DNA from: an uncultured Gemmatimonadaceae bacterium | GTDB taxonomy: Bacteria; Gemmatimonadota; Gemmatimonadetes; Gemmatimonadales; GWC2-71-9 | Direction: 5' to 3' | DNA length: 64,000 nucleotides | NCBI GenBank assembly: GCA_964449145.1 | Contig: CAYUYF010000003.1 | Coordinates: forward strand, 30,189 to 94,188 | Shown here: piece by piece, positions 54,882 through 64,000 of the stretch | Layout of the letters: the number at the start of each line of letters is the position of its first letter | Position numbering within the stretch: the stretch's first letter is position 1 | Notes under the pieces: generated by a model | Seen by the model: the letters and a program-made list of their open reading frames with translations, nothing else | The model's database searches: none | What the model was told of the DNA's origin: nothing | Made by a program: the position numbers and the translations under genes

Positions 54882-56966
54882 ATGGCGGTGGTGGACGCCG
54901 GGGTCAATCAGACGATGCTAGATTTGTCCCACAGCGCGCAGAGCCTTTCCGGCACACTCCCTTTGCCCCCCGTCCTCATGCTGCCATTGCTCGCCCTCCT
55001 CTCCGTGATGCCGCAGCAACAACCCGCCCTGATGCCGCTGCCGGCGGCCATCCGGTACGCCGAGGGCCGCCTCCGGCTCGACTCGACCCTCAGCACAGGC
55101 ACGGACGGGTTCCGGAACGAGCGACTGGAGCGAGCGTTGGCTCGTGTGTTGGGACGGCTGGAGCAGCGGATCGCCCAGCCCCTCTCCCGCCAGGCCGGCG
55201 CCGGTGCCGGCCGCCTGCGGCTGGAGGTGGCCGGCGCGGGAGAAGAGGTGCAGTCACTTGAGGAAGATGAGTCCTACACCCTCGCCATCTCCCCCTCGGG
55301 CGCCCGCCTGACGGCGCCGACGGTGGTCGGGGCGCTGCGGGGGCTGGCCACGCTCGAGCAATTGGTAGCGTCTGACAGCGCAGGATTCTACCTCCCGGCG
55401 GTCTCCATCACCGACGCCCCGCGGTTCCGCTGGCGCGGGCTGCTGGTGGACGCGGGCCGCCACTTCATGCCGCCCGAGGTCATCCGCCGCACCCTCGACG
55501 GCATGGCGCTGGTCAAGCTGAACGTGCTGCACTGGCACCTCTCCGACGACCAGGGATTCCGGGTGGAGAGCCGGCGCTTTCCGCGGCTGCACCAGCTTGG
55601 CTCGGACGGGCAGTACTACAGCCAGGAAGACATCCGCGGCATCGTTGCCTATGCCCGCGACCGCGGTATCCGGGTGGTCCCGGAGTTCGACATGCCGGGG
55701 CATGCGACCAGCTGGTTCGTCGGGTATCCTGAGTTCGCCAGCGCCATCGGTCCGTACGCCATCGAGCGGCACTTCGGCGTCTTCGAGCCCGCCTTCGACC
55801 CGACCCGGGAGGAGACCTACCAGTTCATCGAGGGGTTCATTACCGAGATGGCGGACCTCTTTCCCGACCAATACTGGCACATCGGCGGAGACGAAGTCGT
55901 CGGCAGGCACTGGAACAGCAACCCGCGTATCCTGCGCTTCAAGCGGGAGCACGGCTTCACGGACAACGAGGCGCTGCAGGGCTATTTCAACCAGCGGCTC
56001 GCTCGCATCCTCGGCAAGCTTCACCGCCGGATGGTCGGCTGGGACGAGGTCCTCCATCCGGGCCTGCCGGAGGGGACGCTGGTGCAGTCGTGGCGGGGCA
56101 CGGAGTACCTGGGCCGGGCGGCGCGCCAGGGGCTCTCCGGCATCTTGTCGGCACCGTACTACCTGGATCACATCAAGCCGGCCGACGAGCACTACCTCGC
56201 CGACCCGCTGCCCGAGGGGCACAACCTCTCTCCGGCGGAGGCCGGCCGCGTGCTGGGGGGCGAGGCGTGCATGTGGGCCGAGCACGTCAATCCGGAGACG
56301 GTGGACAGTCGCCTCTGGCCCAGGCTGGCGGCAGTCGCCGAACGGTTCTGGTCTCCGCAGTCGGTACGCAACGTCCCGGACATGTACCGCCGCCTGTCGC
56401 TGGTCAGCATTCACCTCGAGCGGGCGGGGCTGGGGCACGAGGCGCACAGCTACCGCATGCTCCGGCTGCTGTCGGGGCAGCGCGGGGTCGAGCCGCTGCA
56501 CGACCTGCTCGCCTACACTATGCCGGTGAGCTTCGGGCAGCGGAGCCGCCAGCAACGCACCACCCAGCTGACCCCGCTGACCCGGCTGGTGGATGCGGCC
56601 CGGCCCGACCCCTGGTCGCGGAGCGGGATGATGCGGCTGGCGGAGCGGGTGGCCGCGGGTCCCCGCGCAGCGGAGACCGAGATGGCGGAGCTGGGCCGGA
56701 TCTTCGCGGGATGGCGTGAGTTACCGGCGCGGGTCGGCGACCTGACCACCACCGTTCCGCTGGCCAGCGACGGCGTTGCGGCGGCCGCCGCGCTGGCCCG
56801 GTTGGCCACGCTGGGCCAGGAAGCCCTCGGCTACCTCAGTCGCGATGGCGCGCCGGCCGTCTGGAAGACCGCTACCCGTGCCGAGCTGGAGACCCTGGCC
56901 GGACCGCAGGACCTGCTTCGCATCACCGGGGTGGAGGCGGTGCGCATCCTGGTGGACGCCACCTGA
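54882..56966 (+). CDS. beta-N-acetylhexosaminidase (glycoside hydrolase family 20)
   Basis: RGLLVDAGRHF, LNVLHWHLSDDQGFR, PEFDMPGH, and the catalytic HIGGDEV. The start is uncertain: in-frame ATGs at 54915 and 54978 (MLPLLALLSV...) are alternatives. Confidence 0.9.
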   Translation: MAVVDAGVNQTMLDLSHSAQSLSGTLPLPPVLMLPLLALLSVMPQQQPALMPLPAAIRYAEGRLRLDSTLSTGTDGFRNERLERALARVLGRLEQRIAQPLSRQAGAGAGRLRLEVAGAGEEVQSLEEDESYTLAISPSGARLTAPTVVGALRGLATLEQLVASDSAGFYLPAVSITDAPRFRWRGLLVDAGRHFMPPEVIRRTLDGMALVKLNVLHWHLSDDQGFRVESRRFPRLHQLGSDGQYYSQEDIRGIVAYARDRGIRVVPEFDMPGHATSWFVGYPEFASAIGPYAIERHFGVFEPAFDPTREETYQFIEGFITEMADLFPDQYWHIGGDEVVGRHWNSNPRILRFKREHGFTDNEALQGYFNQRLARILGKLHRRMVGWDEVLHPGLPEGTLVQSWRGTEYLGRAARQGLSGILSAPYYLDHIKPADEHYLADPLPEGHNLSPAEAGRVLGGEACMWAEHVNPETVDSRLWPRLAAVAERFWSPQSVRNVPDMYRRLSLVSIHLERAGLGHEAHSYRMLRLLSGQRGVEPLHDLLAYTMPVSFGQRSRQQRTTQLTPLTRLVDAARPDPWSRSGMMRLAERVAAGPRAAETEMAELGRIFAGWRELPARVGDLTTTVPLASDGVAAAAALARLATLGQEALGYLSRDGAPAVWKTATRAELETLAGPQDLLRITGVEAVRILVDAT

Positions 56967-56972
56967 CGGCGC

Positions 56973-58322
56973 TCACGGCGATACCAGCGGCCAGGGCTGC
57001 GCCGTCTTCCAGCCGCCCCGCGTGAAGTCGGGGACCTGCTGAGGCTTGCCGCCCTGGCGGACGGACCGGATGGTGAGTTCCACCATGCTGGAGAGCGCCA
57101 CGGCATCGTAGACGTTCATGTCGGTCGGCTCACCGCGTCGCAGGCACTGGATCAGCCGGTAGTCCTCCAGGAAGTCCATCCCACCGTGCCCCCGATCGAG
57201 CTGACGGATCGTCTCCGAGCGCCACAGCGGATGATCGAACTCCGTGTAATACTGCTCCGCCTCCTCCCAGCGGTGCGGCGGGCTGCGGCCCTCGATGTGC
57301 ACGCGGTACGGCCATCCCGAGACGATCCCGCGAGTGCCCTGCAGCAGCTGGAGCCGGCTGTAGGGGCGCGGGTTGTGGGCGTTGTGCGCCAGGTAGATGG
57401 TCCGCCCGCGGGCGGTCTGGATGAGGCTCACATTCTGGTCGCCCAGCACGTAGCGCTCGCGGCGGCGTGGGTCATCGGCGGCCAGGTGCTCGGCCTGCCA
57501 GTGTTGCAGGCCTCGGGAGGGTGAACTCAGCGAGACCACGCTGGCAAACCGGTCGCCCCGGTTGATGTCCATGCAGTTGGCGATCGGTCCCAGGCCGTGG
57601 GTGGGGTAGAGATTGCCGTTGTGAGTCGTGGCCCACGCCCGGCGCCACAGCCCTTCACCATCGGCGGAGAACTTCACCTCGCGCAGATCGTGCAGGTAGG
57701 CCGCCTCGCCGTGGAGCGGCTCTCCCAGCAGCCCCTGGCGCACCAGCACCAGCATCATCAGCTCGAAGCGGTCGTAGTTGCAGTTTTCCATCATCACGCA
57801 GTGCCGGCGAGACTTCTCCGCCGCTTCCACCAGCGCCCAGCAGTCCTCCAGCGTCATCGCCGCGGGAACTTCCGTGACGGCATGTTTACCGTGCCGCATG
57901 GCCGCGAGCATGACCGGGACGTGCCACTCCCACGGGGTGGCGGTGTAGACCAGGTCCAGATCGGCCTCGGCACACAAACGCTCAAAGTCCCGCGGGCCAC
58001 GGGTGAAGCGCGCGGGGGCCGGCTGACCGGCCGCCACGACCTTGCCGGCCGCCAGCGCGGCTCGGCCCTCGTCTATGTCGCAGATCGCCCGCAACTCCAC
58101 GCCCTCGAGTGTGAGCAGGTTTTCCAGGTGTACCGTCCCCATGCCCCCCACCCCGACGAAACCGATCCGCACCCGGTCCAGCGGCGCAGTCCGGAATGGA
58201 GCCGGACGGGGTGATCGCAGCCCGTCCGCGGTGGCGGCCACAGCCGGGACGGTAGCGGCGCCGAAGGCGAGCATCGCTCCGGTCCGGATGAACTCGCGGC
58301 GGGATGGCGGTCCGATGGACAT
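56973..58322 (-). CDS. Gfo/Idh/MocA-family oxidoreductase with a Tat signal (GH109-like)
   Basis: Internal ATG (MSIGPPSRREFIRTGAMLAFGAATVPAVAA, twin-arginine signal) of track ORF 56973..58382. The Rossmann motif is IGFVGVGGMG. GAGGG lies upstream of the ATG. It is convergent with the GH20 gene at a 6-nt gap. Confidence 0.85.
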   Translation of the reverse strand: MSIGPPSRREFIRTGAMLAFGAATVPAVAATADGLRSPRPAPFRTAPLDRVRIGFVGVGGMGTVHLENLLTLEGVELRAICDIDEGRAALAAGKVVAAGQPAPARFTRGPRDFERLCAEADLDLVYTATPWEWHVPVMLAAMRHGKHAVTEVPAAMTLEDCWALVEAAEKSRRHCVMMENCNYDRFELMMLVLVRQGLLGEPLHGEAAYLHDLREVKFSADGEGLWRRAWATTHNGNLYPTHGLGPIANCMDINRGDRFASVVSLSSPSRGLQHWQAEHLAADDPRRRERYVLGDQNVSLIQTARGRTIYLAHNAHNPRPYSRLQLLQGTRGIVSGWPYRVHIEGRSPPHRWEEAEQYYTEFDHPLWRSETIRQLDRGHGGMDFLEDYRLIQCLRRGEPTDMNVYDAVALSSMVELTIRSVRQGGKPQQVPDFTRGGWKTAQPWPLVSP

Positions 58323-58404
58323 GGATCCCTCTGGGGTCGCGGGTGGCCCGTCGCCGGGTCGGCGCGGGGGCCCTGCTTTCATATATGCTGGGAACCGGCC
58401 AGCG

Positions 58405-58434
58405 TTGGCGGGAAGGCCGTGAGGCTGCTAGAAT
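58405..58434 (+). promoter_or_regulatory. candidate promoter for the Ser/Thr kinase gene (TTGGCG-18 nt-TAGAAT)
   Basis: TTGGCG at 58405-58410, an 18-nt spacer, TAGAAT at 58429-58434. The -10 box overlaps the in-frame ATG at 58433, which argues for ATG 58493 as the real start. Confidence 0.45.
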
Positions 58435-58492
58435 GCCCCTCTCCGGGGCTCGACGTGCTGCCCCGTTCCTCGACATCCGTGCCCACTCCCCG

Positions 58493-60418
58493 ATGCCCGT
58501 GACCACCGCCTGCATCCGCTGCCAAGCACCGCTGGACTCAGGGGCCCGGTACTGCCAGGTCTGCGGGCTCAGCGTGTCCGGCGAGCAGACGGCGCCCCTC
58601 CCCACCCTGATGCAGCTGGTCCGTCAGGCGACGCTGGGGGAGTATGAGATCGTCCGGGAGATCGGGCAAGGCGGCATGGCCACGGTGTACCTGGCCCATG
58701 AAATCGCCCTGGACCGAAAGGTCGCGATCAAGGTCATGTCGCCGCAGTTCGTGCACGGCACCGAGACCATCGAGCGTTTCAAGCGGGAGGCGCGCACCTC
58801 CGCGTCGCTCACCCATCCCCATATCATCCCGATCTACGCCGTGCGGGAAACCGAGCGACTGCTCTTCTTCGTGATGAAGTACATCGCCGGCCGCTCCCTG
58901 GACGCCGTCCTCCGCGACGTGGGGCCCCTGCCCTTCCCGATGGTCCGCTCCATCTTGTCCGATGTCGGGACGGCCCTGGACTACGCCCATCGGCAGGGGG
59001 TGATCCACCGCGACGTGAAGCCCGGCAATATCATGATCGACGAAGAGGGCTTCGCCGTGGTCACCGACTTCGGTATCGCCAAGGCGGCCGAAGGTGACGC
59101 CCTCACGCGCAGCGGCACCACCGTGGGGACACCCAGCTACCTCTCCCCCGAGGCCTGCTCGGGTGAGCTGGTCGGCCCCGCCGCGGACCAGTATTCACTC
59201 GGCATCGTGGGCTACGAGATGATCACGGGGACGCTGCCCTTCAGCGCGGAGTCCAGCCTCGGCATGATGTACGCCCAGGTGCACGCGGCGCCGCGGCCCA
59301 GCGATCAGCTCCGCCCGGACTGCCCGCCGGAGCTGCGTGATGCGATGATGACGATGCTGCAGAAGTCGCCCCACGAGCGATTCGTGACGATGCGAGACGC
59401 GGTACAGGCCCTCAACGGCGGCACCGGACGCAGCAGCGGCAGCACCACCGCGAGCGATGACCATCTGCGCAGCCACATCGGGCTGCTGGCCACTCCGCGG
59501 CCGAGCCGGCCCATGGCCGAGGTGCGCCGGACGCCCTCGAGCCCCATCTCCCTGGCCCATATCTCCCCCGGTCCGCGCACCCTGCGGCGCCGCCGTCACT
59601 TCCAGCTGGCCCGCATTGGCGTCGGTCTCCTGCTCGCAGGGGCGGGTGCCCTGGCCGCGGCGCTGGTCCTGCGCCGGTCCCCCGAGCCCGCCCTCGTTCC
59701 GGACAGCACCACGCAGGCCCCGACACCCAGCACCAGCGCCGACAGCCTGCTCTTCGCCGAGCGCGGCGCCGCCACCTATGCCCGGCAGCGGGCCGAGGCA
59801 AGCGGCGCCAGCCCCGAAGCCCTGGCCGCCGGAGACATGCTGGTCGCCCGGGCGGAATCCCTGGCGGCCCTCGGCCACAAGACCGAGGCCACCCTGATGC
59901 TGTCGCGTGCCACCGCCCTCTGGGGCGCCGCGGAGCGGCCGGTCCAGACCCCGAGCCAGCGTCCAGGGGCCACTCCTGCGGTTCCCGGCCCCACTCCGCA
60001 GCCCGGCGGCCCGACCCGGCCCGGGCCGGAACCGGCCCCTCGCCCGCCGGTCGCCTCCGACACGGTGCCGCTCACCGATTCCCTGGTGGTGTCGGGGTTC
60101 TACGCGGAACTGGAGCGGGCGATCGAGTCACGGCAGGTGGGGGAGATCCGCCGGCTGCTGCCCAACATGTCCGCCACCGAGGAACTCGGCTGGCGCAACA
60201 TGCTCGACGACAAGGATATCCGCGTGGTAGAGGCGACCTACGAGGTCCGCGCCGTCACCCGTCGCGATGGCGGCCAGCTGCATGCCCGGGTGGAACAGCT
60301 GGTCCAGCTCGTCCGCAAGAACGGGAAGGTGGACACCAAGCGCCGGGAAACCCGACTGACGGTCCTCACCGAGGGGCCGCAGGGCTGGCGGGAGATCCGC
60401 TCGGACAAGGCCCCCTGA
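58493..60418 (+). CDS. Ser/Thr protein kinase with N-terminal zinc ribbon, one TM segment and an extracytoplasmic C-terminal domain
   Basis: Zinc ribbon [19 protein letters not shown]. The Hanks kinase motifs are [29 protein letters not shown] and GTPSYLSPE. The TM segment is [20 protein letters not shown] Pro-rich linker and a terminal domain of about 115 aa follow. The track start 58304 is rejected. Confidence 0.88.
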   Translation: MPVTTACIRCQAPLDSGARYCQVCGLSVSGEQTAPLPTLMQLVRQATLGEYEIVREIGQGGMATVYLAHEIALDRKVAIKVMSPQFVHGTETIERFKREARTSASLTHPHIIPIYAVRETERLLFFVMKYIAGRSLDAVLRDVGPLPFPMVRSILSDVGTALDYAHRQGVIHRDVKPGNIMIDEEGFAVVTDFGIAKAAEGDALTRSGTTVGTPSYLSPEACSGELVGPAADQYSLGIVGYEMITGTLPFSAESSLGMMYAQVHAAPRPSDQLRPDCPPELRDAMMTMLQKSPHERFVTMRDAVQALNGGTGRSSGSTTASDDHLRSHIGLLATPRPSRPMAEVRRTPSSPISLAHISPGPRTLRRRRHFQLARIGVGLLLAGAGALAAALVLRRSPEPALVPDSTTQAPTPSTSADSLLFAERGAATYARQRAEASGASPEALAAGDMLVARAESLAALGHKTEATLMLSRATALWGAAERPVQTPSQRPGATPAVPGPTPQPGGPTRPGPEPAPRPPVASDTVPLTDSLVVSGFYAELERAIESRQVGEIRRLLPNMSATEELGWRNMLDDKDIRVVEATYEVRAVTRRDGGQLHARVEQLVQLVRKNGKVDTKRRETRLTVLTEGPQGWREIRSDKAP

Positions 60419-60834
60419 TGACGCCCCCATTCCACCTGGCCTTCCCGGTGCACGACCTCGCCGCCGCGCGGCAGTTCTACGGCGTCCTGCTCGGCTGCGC
60501 CGAAGGGCGAAGTTCCCCGCACTGGGTGGACTTCGACTTTTACGGCCATCAGGTGGTGGCCCATCTCTCCCCCGAAGAGGCCGGGACGGCCCGCGCGAAC
60601 CAGGTGGACGGCAAGGACGTCCCGGTGCGGCACTTCGGCGTGATCCTCGAGTGGGACGCGTGGCACGCGCTTGCCGACCGGCTCCGCGCGGCGGGGGTCC
60701 GGTTCATCATCGAGCCCGGCATTCGGTTCGCGGGGGAAGCGGGCGAGCAGGCCACGCTGTTCCTGCTGGATCCATCGGGGAACGCGCTCGAGTTCAAGAC
60801 CTTTCGTGACATGAACCGGATCTTCGCCCGTTGA
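60418..60834 (+). CDS. VOC (glyoxalase/bleomycin-resistance/dioxygenase) family protein
   Basis: 138 aa. [18 protein letters not shown] and [10 protein letters not shown] are typical of the VOC fold. The ATG shares 1 nt with the kinase stop. Confidence 0.85.
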   Translation: MTPPFHLAFPVHDLAAARQFYGVLLGCAEGRSSPHWVDFDFYGHQVVAHLSPEEAGTARANQVDGKDVPVRHFGVILEWDAWHALADRLRAAGVRFIIEPGIRFAGEAGEQATLFLLDPSGNALEFKTFRDMNRIFAR

Positions 60835-60865
60835 GCCAGTTCACCGCCCGCCCGGGAGCGTCCGC

Positions 60866-62965
60866 ATGCGCCTCCGCCCGCTGCTCCTCATGACCGCTCT
60901 CGGATCCTCCACCGCCCCCGCGGCGGCCCAGGACGCGCCCGACCCCTACCTCTGGCTCGAGAACGTCAGCGCCGATTCGGCCCTCGACTGGGTGCGACAG
61001 CGGAACGCCCTGAGCACCGGCGAACTCACCGCGACCGAGACCTTCAAGACCTTCAACCAGCGGATCCTGTCGATCCTCGACTCGGACGCGCGGATTCCCT
61101 ACGTCGAGAAGATCGGGTCGCGCTACTACAACCTCTGGCGCGACGCCGCCAACCCGCGCGGCCTGTGGCGCCGCACCACCCTGACCGAGTATCGCAAGGC
61201 GGCGCCCCAGTGGGAGACGGTGCTGGACCTCGACGCCCTCGGCAAGGCGGAGGGCGAGAACTGGGTCTGGAGCGGCGCCACCTGCCTGCGCCCCAAGTTC
61301 CGCCGCTGCCTGCTCTCACTCTCGCGCGGTGGCGCCGACGCCGATGTGGTGCGGGAGTTCGACCTCGTGACCCGGCAGTTCGTCGTGGACGGATTCACCC
61401 TGCCGGAGGCGAAGTCGAGCGTCACCTGGCGGGACGAGAACAGCGTGTTCGTGGGCACCGACTTCGGCCCCGGCTCGATGACCAGCTCCGGGTATCCCCG
61501 GATCGTCAAGCAGTGGCGCCGGGGCACCCCGCTCGACTCCGCAGTGACAGTGTTCGAGGCGCACCCGGACGACGTGTGGGCCTACGGCTGGCGCGACCTC
61601 ACCCCCGGTTTCGAACGGGAGTTCATCCTGCGGGGCATCACCTTCTATTCCAACGAGATGTTCCTCCGGCGGGACGGCGCGCTGGTCCGGCTGGACAAGC
61701 CCGACGACGCCAACGCCGGGGTCCACCGCGAATGGCTGTTCCTGGAACTGCGCAGCGACTGGACCGTGGCCGGCACCACCTATCCCGCCGGCGCCCTGCT
61801 GGCCACCGGGTTCGATGCCTTCCTCACGGGGGAGCGGGACTTCCACGTCCTCTTCACCCCCACGGAGCGGAGGTCGCTCGTGGGGTACACCGCCACCCGG
61901 CATCACCTGCTGCTCAACGAACTCGACAACGTCCGCAACCGCTTGTACCTCCTCACCTGGCGGGACGGGCAGTGGCAGCGGGCCCCGCTCAAGGGAATGC
62001 CGGAGTTCGGCAACATCTCCGCCGACGCAGTCGACCCCGACTCCTCCGACGCCTACTTCCTGACCATCACCGACTTCATCACCCCGACCAGTCTCGCGTA
62101 TGGGGTGGCGGGCGGCGCGGCACCGCGGCGGATCAAGCAGCTGCCGGCGTTCTTCGACGCGACGGGACTCGTCATCACCCAGCACGAGGCGCTGTCGCTC
62201 GACGGCACCCGGGTCCCGTACTTCCAGGTCGCCAGAGCCGACCTGCCGCTCACCGGGGACGCACCTACCCTGCTCTACGGGTACGGGGGATTCGAGATCC
62301 CGATGCTGCCCGGCTACAGCGCGGGGGTGGGCGCGGCGTGGCTGGAGCGGGGCGGTGTGTACGTGCTGGCCAACATCCGCGGCGGCGGGGAATTCGGGCC
62401 GCGCTGGCACCAGGCCGCGCTCAAGGCCAACCGCCACAAGGCCTACGAGGACTTCATCGCCGTGGCCGAGGCCCTGGTGCGTCACCGGGTGACCTCCCCC
62501 GCCCGGCTGGGCATCATGGGTGGGAGTAACGGCGGCCTGCTGATGGGAAACATGCTCACCCTCAGGCCCGACCTCTTCGGCGCCATCGTCTGCCAGGTGC
62601 CGCTGCTCGACATGCGACGCTACCACACCCTGCTGGCGGGGGCGTCGTGGATGGGCGAGTACGGGAATCCCGACGACCCGGCGGAGTGGGAGTTCATTCG
62701 GACGTTCTCCCCCTATCACAACGTGCGGGCGGGTGTGCCGTATCCGCCGATCCTGTTCACCACCTCCACCCGGGACGACCGGGTGCATCCGGGGCACGCG
62801 CGCAAGATGGTGGCCCGCATGCTGGAGCAGGGACATGAGGTGCGCTACTACGAGAATATCGAAGGGGGGCACGCGGGTGCGGCGGACAATCGCCAGGCGG
62901 CCTTCATGTCGGCGCTCGGCTACACCTTCCTTTGGCGGGAGCTCGCGCCGCCCTCGGTACCCTGA
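60866..62965 (+). CDS. prolyl oligopeptidase family (S9A) serine peptidase
   Basis: Signal peptide, a beta-propeller-length N-terminal region, the catalytic GGSNGGLL, and the Asp and His regions (TSTRDDRVHPGHARK). Confidence 0.92.
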   Translation: MRLRPLLLMTALGSSTAPAAAQDAPDPYLWLENVSADSALDWVRQRNALSTGELTATETFKTFNQRILSILDSDARIPYVEKIGSRYYNLWRDAANPRGLWRRTTLTEYRKAAPQWETVLDLDALGKAEGENWVWSGATCLRPKFRRCLLSLSRGGADADVVREFDLVTRQFVVDGFTLPEAKSSVTWRDENSVFVGTDFGPGSMTSSGYPRIVKQWRRGTPLDSAVTVFEAHPDDVWAYGWRDLTPGFEREFILRGITFYSNEMFLRRDGALVRLDKPDDANAGVHREWLFLELRSDWTVAGTTYPAGALLATGFDAFLTGERDFHVLFTPTERRSLVGYTATRHHLLLNELDNVRNRLYLLTWRDGQWQRAPLKGMPEFGNISADAVDPDSSDAYFLTITDFITPTSLAYGVAGGAAPRRIKQLPAFFDATGLVITQHEALSLDGTRVPYFQVARADLPLTGDAPTLLYGYGGFEIPMLPGYSAGVGAAWLERGGVYVLANIRGGGEFGPRWHQAALKANRHKAYEDFIAVAEALVRHRVTSPARLGIMGGSNGGLLMGNMLTLRPDLFGAIVCQVPLLDMRRYHTLLAGASWMGEYGNPDDPAEWEFIRTFSPYHNVRAGVPYPPILFTTSTRDDRVHPGHARKMVARMLEQGHEVRYYENIEGGHAGAADNRQAAFMSALGYTFLWRELAPPSVP

Positions 62966-63037
62966 CGAGCGGGGCCCGCACCGTGATCCCGCGCGTCGGT
63001 GGGGGCGACCCCGACCCGGCGCGCGGCCCTAGGCCCC

Positions 63038-63673
63038 TCAGGGCTGCAGCCGGAAGATCGGAACCTCAAACCGGGCCTTGAAGTCCACGCCCGGCAATGC
63101 CGCCTCGACTTCGAGACGCCAGATCACCTTGTCGGCGGGGTCGCGTGTGTCGGTTTCACGGGCGTCGGCGGGGAGGGGCACCGCCACGGGGATGGCGATG
63201 CCGTCGGCCCGGCGGCCGGCACCCGGCATCACTTCCTCATGTTCCCAGAGCGTCGTCTCATCGGTGCGGCGATTCTTCCCCGAACCGGTCTGCCGCTGGC
63301 GCAGGCACTGCAGCCGCACCCGGAAGCCGCCCTCCGGATCGATCGTCGCCGTGGTGCGCACCAGCCCGGCGAAGGTCTCCCCGGGTACCCCCGGCAGCGT
63401 GGCCAGCTCCAGTACCGGAATGCCGAACCGCCGCCGCCGCAGCATCATGTAGATACCCACGCCCACCAGCAGCATGCCCACCAGCGGGAACAGGAGCACA
63501 AAGAAGAACTCGCCCAGGCCGCCGGGTTGCCGCAGGATGGTGGCGGCGATGACTCCACTGATCAGCGTCCACACGAGGGCGAAGGCCAGGAAACAGCCGG
63601 CCATCTTGGCGCCCTCGTCCCGGATGCGCCGCTGGGCCCACTCCTCCCGGGCCAGCCATGGCTCCTCCTTCAC
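63038..63673 (-). CDS. hypothetical membrane protein
   Basis: Two TM segments (CFLAFALVWTLISGVIAATIL and FFFVLLFPLVGMLLVGVGIYMML) followed by a beta-rich domain of about 130 aa. GTG 63673 overlaps the sulfurtransferase stop (GTGA) and is preferred over the track start 63739. Confidence 0.5.
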   Translation of the reverse strand: MKEEPWLAREEWAQRRIRDEGAKMAGCFLAFALVWTLISGVIAATILRQPGGLGEFFFVLLFPLVGMLLVGVGIYMMLRRRRFGIPVLELATLPGVPGETFAGLVRTTATIDPEGGFRVRLQCLRQRQTGSGKNRRTDETTLWEHEEVMPGAGRRADGIAIPVAVPLPADARETDTRDPADKVIWRLEVEAALPGVDFKARFEVPIFRLQP

Positions 63674-64000
63674 GCGATGCCTCCGATGGTGGGTGCCCCA
63701 ACCGCGACCGGCATGCCGGTGCCGGCCCATTCCGTCCACGACCCGTCGTACAGCGCATAGTCCCGGTGGCCCAGCAGGTCCAGCGCGAGCAACAGCGAGC
63801 AGGCGGAGACTCCAGAACCACAGGTGGCGACGACCGGCCGGTCCATCGCCACTCCCGCCGCAGCGAGCCTGGCTCGGAGCCGGTCAGGCGGAAGCATGGA
63901 CCCATCGGCGCCGACCAGCTCGGTGTACGGCAAATGGAATGCGCCTGACATATGGCCGCTGGGAACCCCCGCCCGGGGTTCGGGGTCCGCGCCGCTGAAC
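63670..64000 (-). CDS. rhodanese-domain sulfurtransferase (SseA/thiosulfate-3-mercaptopyruvate type). This is the C-terminal part; the 5' end lies off-window.
   Basis: The active-site loop is VATCGSGVSACSLLLAL, and YDGSWTEW is present. The frame remains open to the window edge. Confidence 0.85.
   Translation of the reverse strand, partial: FSGADPEPRAGVPSGHMSGAFHLPYTELVGADGSMLPPDRLRARLAAAGVAMDRPVVATCGSGVSACSLLLALDLLGHRDYALYDGSWTEWAGTGMPVAVGAPTIGGIA

Noticed and set aside
58304-58492. Upstream in-frame starts (58304, 58385, 58433) for the Ser/Thr kinase.
   Set aside because: 58304 overlaps the divergent GH109-like gene start. 58433 is embedded in the TAGAAT -10 candidate. The zinc-ribbon begins 6 codons after ATG 58493.

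Overview
This is a very GC-rich bacterial chromosomal segment. Third codon positions are almost uniformly G/C, which also produces many long spurious antisense ORFs in the supplied track. I can support about 60 protein-coding genes. Nearly all carry recognisable family motifs, and many are joined by 1-4 nt start/stop overlaps.

The content is core/housekeeping with an envelope and nutrient-scavenging flavour:
- queA-tgt-yajC-def-fmt-thiESG-rsmB-PASTA-rpe-tlpA-tsaD-lgt on the plus strand (1-11039).
- A cytochrome c/FTR1 iron permease fusion.
- An 11-gene minus-strand chain (29543 down to 15109): tamA, tamB, lipid kinase, GAF/PAS histidine kinase, NtrC-type regulator, small Zn-ribbon ORF, NlpC/P60, HAD, CYTH, hypothetical, acpS.
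- dacB-sixA-fprA-like, a PduO-type adenosyltransferase and aroB.
- A short sigma-70 family factor behind a near-consensus promoter.
- lonN-glcDEF-HAD-ygfZ.
- An AAA+/VWA pair split by an opposite-strand cassette.
- A run of hydrolases (M48, S46, GH20, GH109-like, S9) plus a zinc-ribbon Ser/Thr kinase.

My taxon guess is Gemmatimonadota-like or a related diderm; this is inference only.

I recognised no rRNA, tRNA, CRISPR array, transposase, integrase or phage genes, and no clear-cut defence island.

The most unusual observations are:
1. The long translationally chained tamAB-to-acpS cluster.
2. Its NtrC-type regulator, whose GAFTGA sigma-54 contact loop is replaced by ASVEHA.
3. Two small ORFs absent from the ORF track: a 53-aa protein with four CxxC motifs and a 58-aa Met/His-rich lipoprotein.
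4. An AT-rich 310-nt island after lgt that looks like a promoter, a structured RNA and a terminator.
5. A kinase-less PASTA protein at the position PrkC occupies in Firmicutes.
6. The interrupted AAA+/VWA pair.

None of these is proven novel. All need database and transcript evidence that I cannot generate here.
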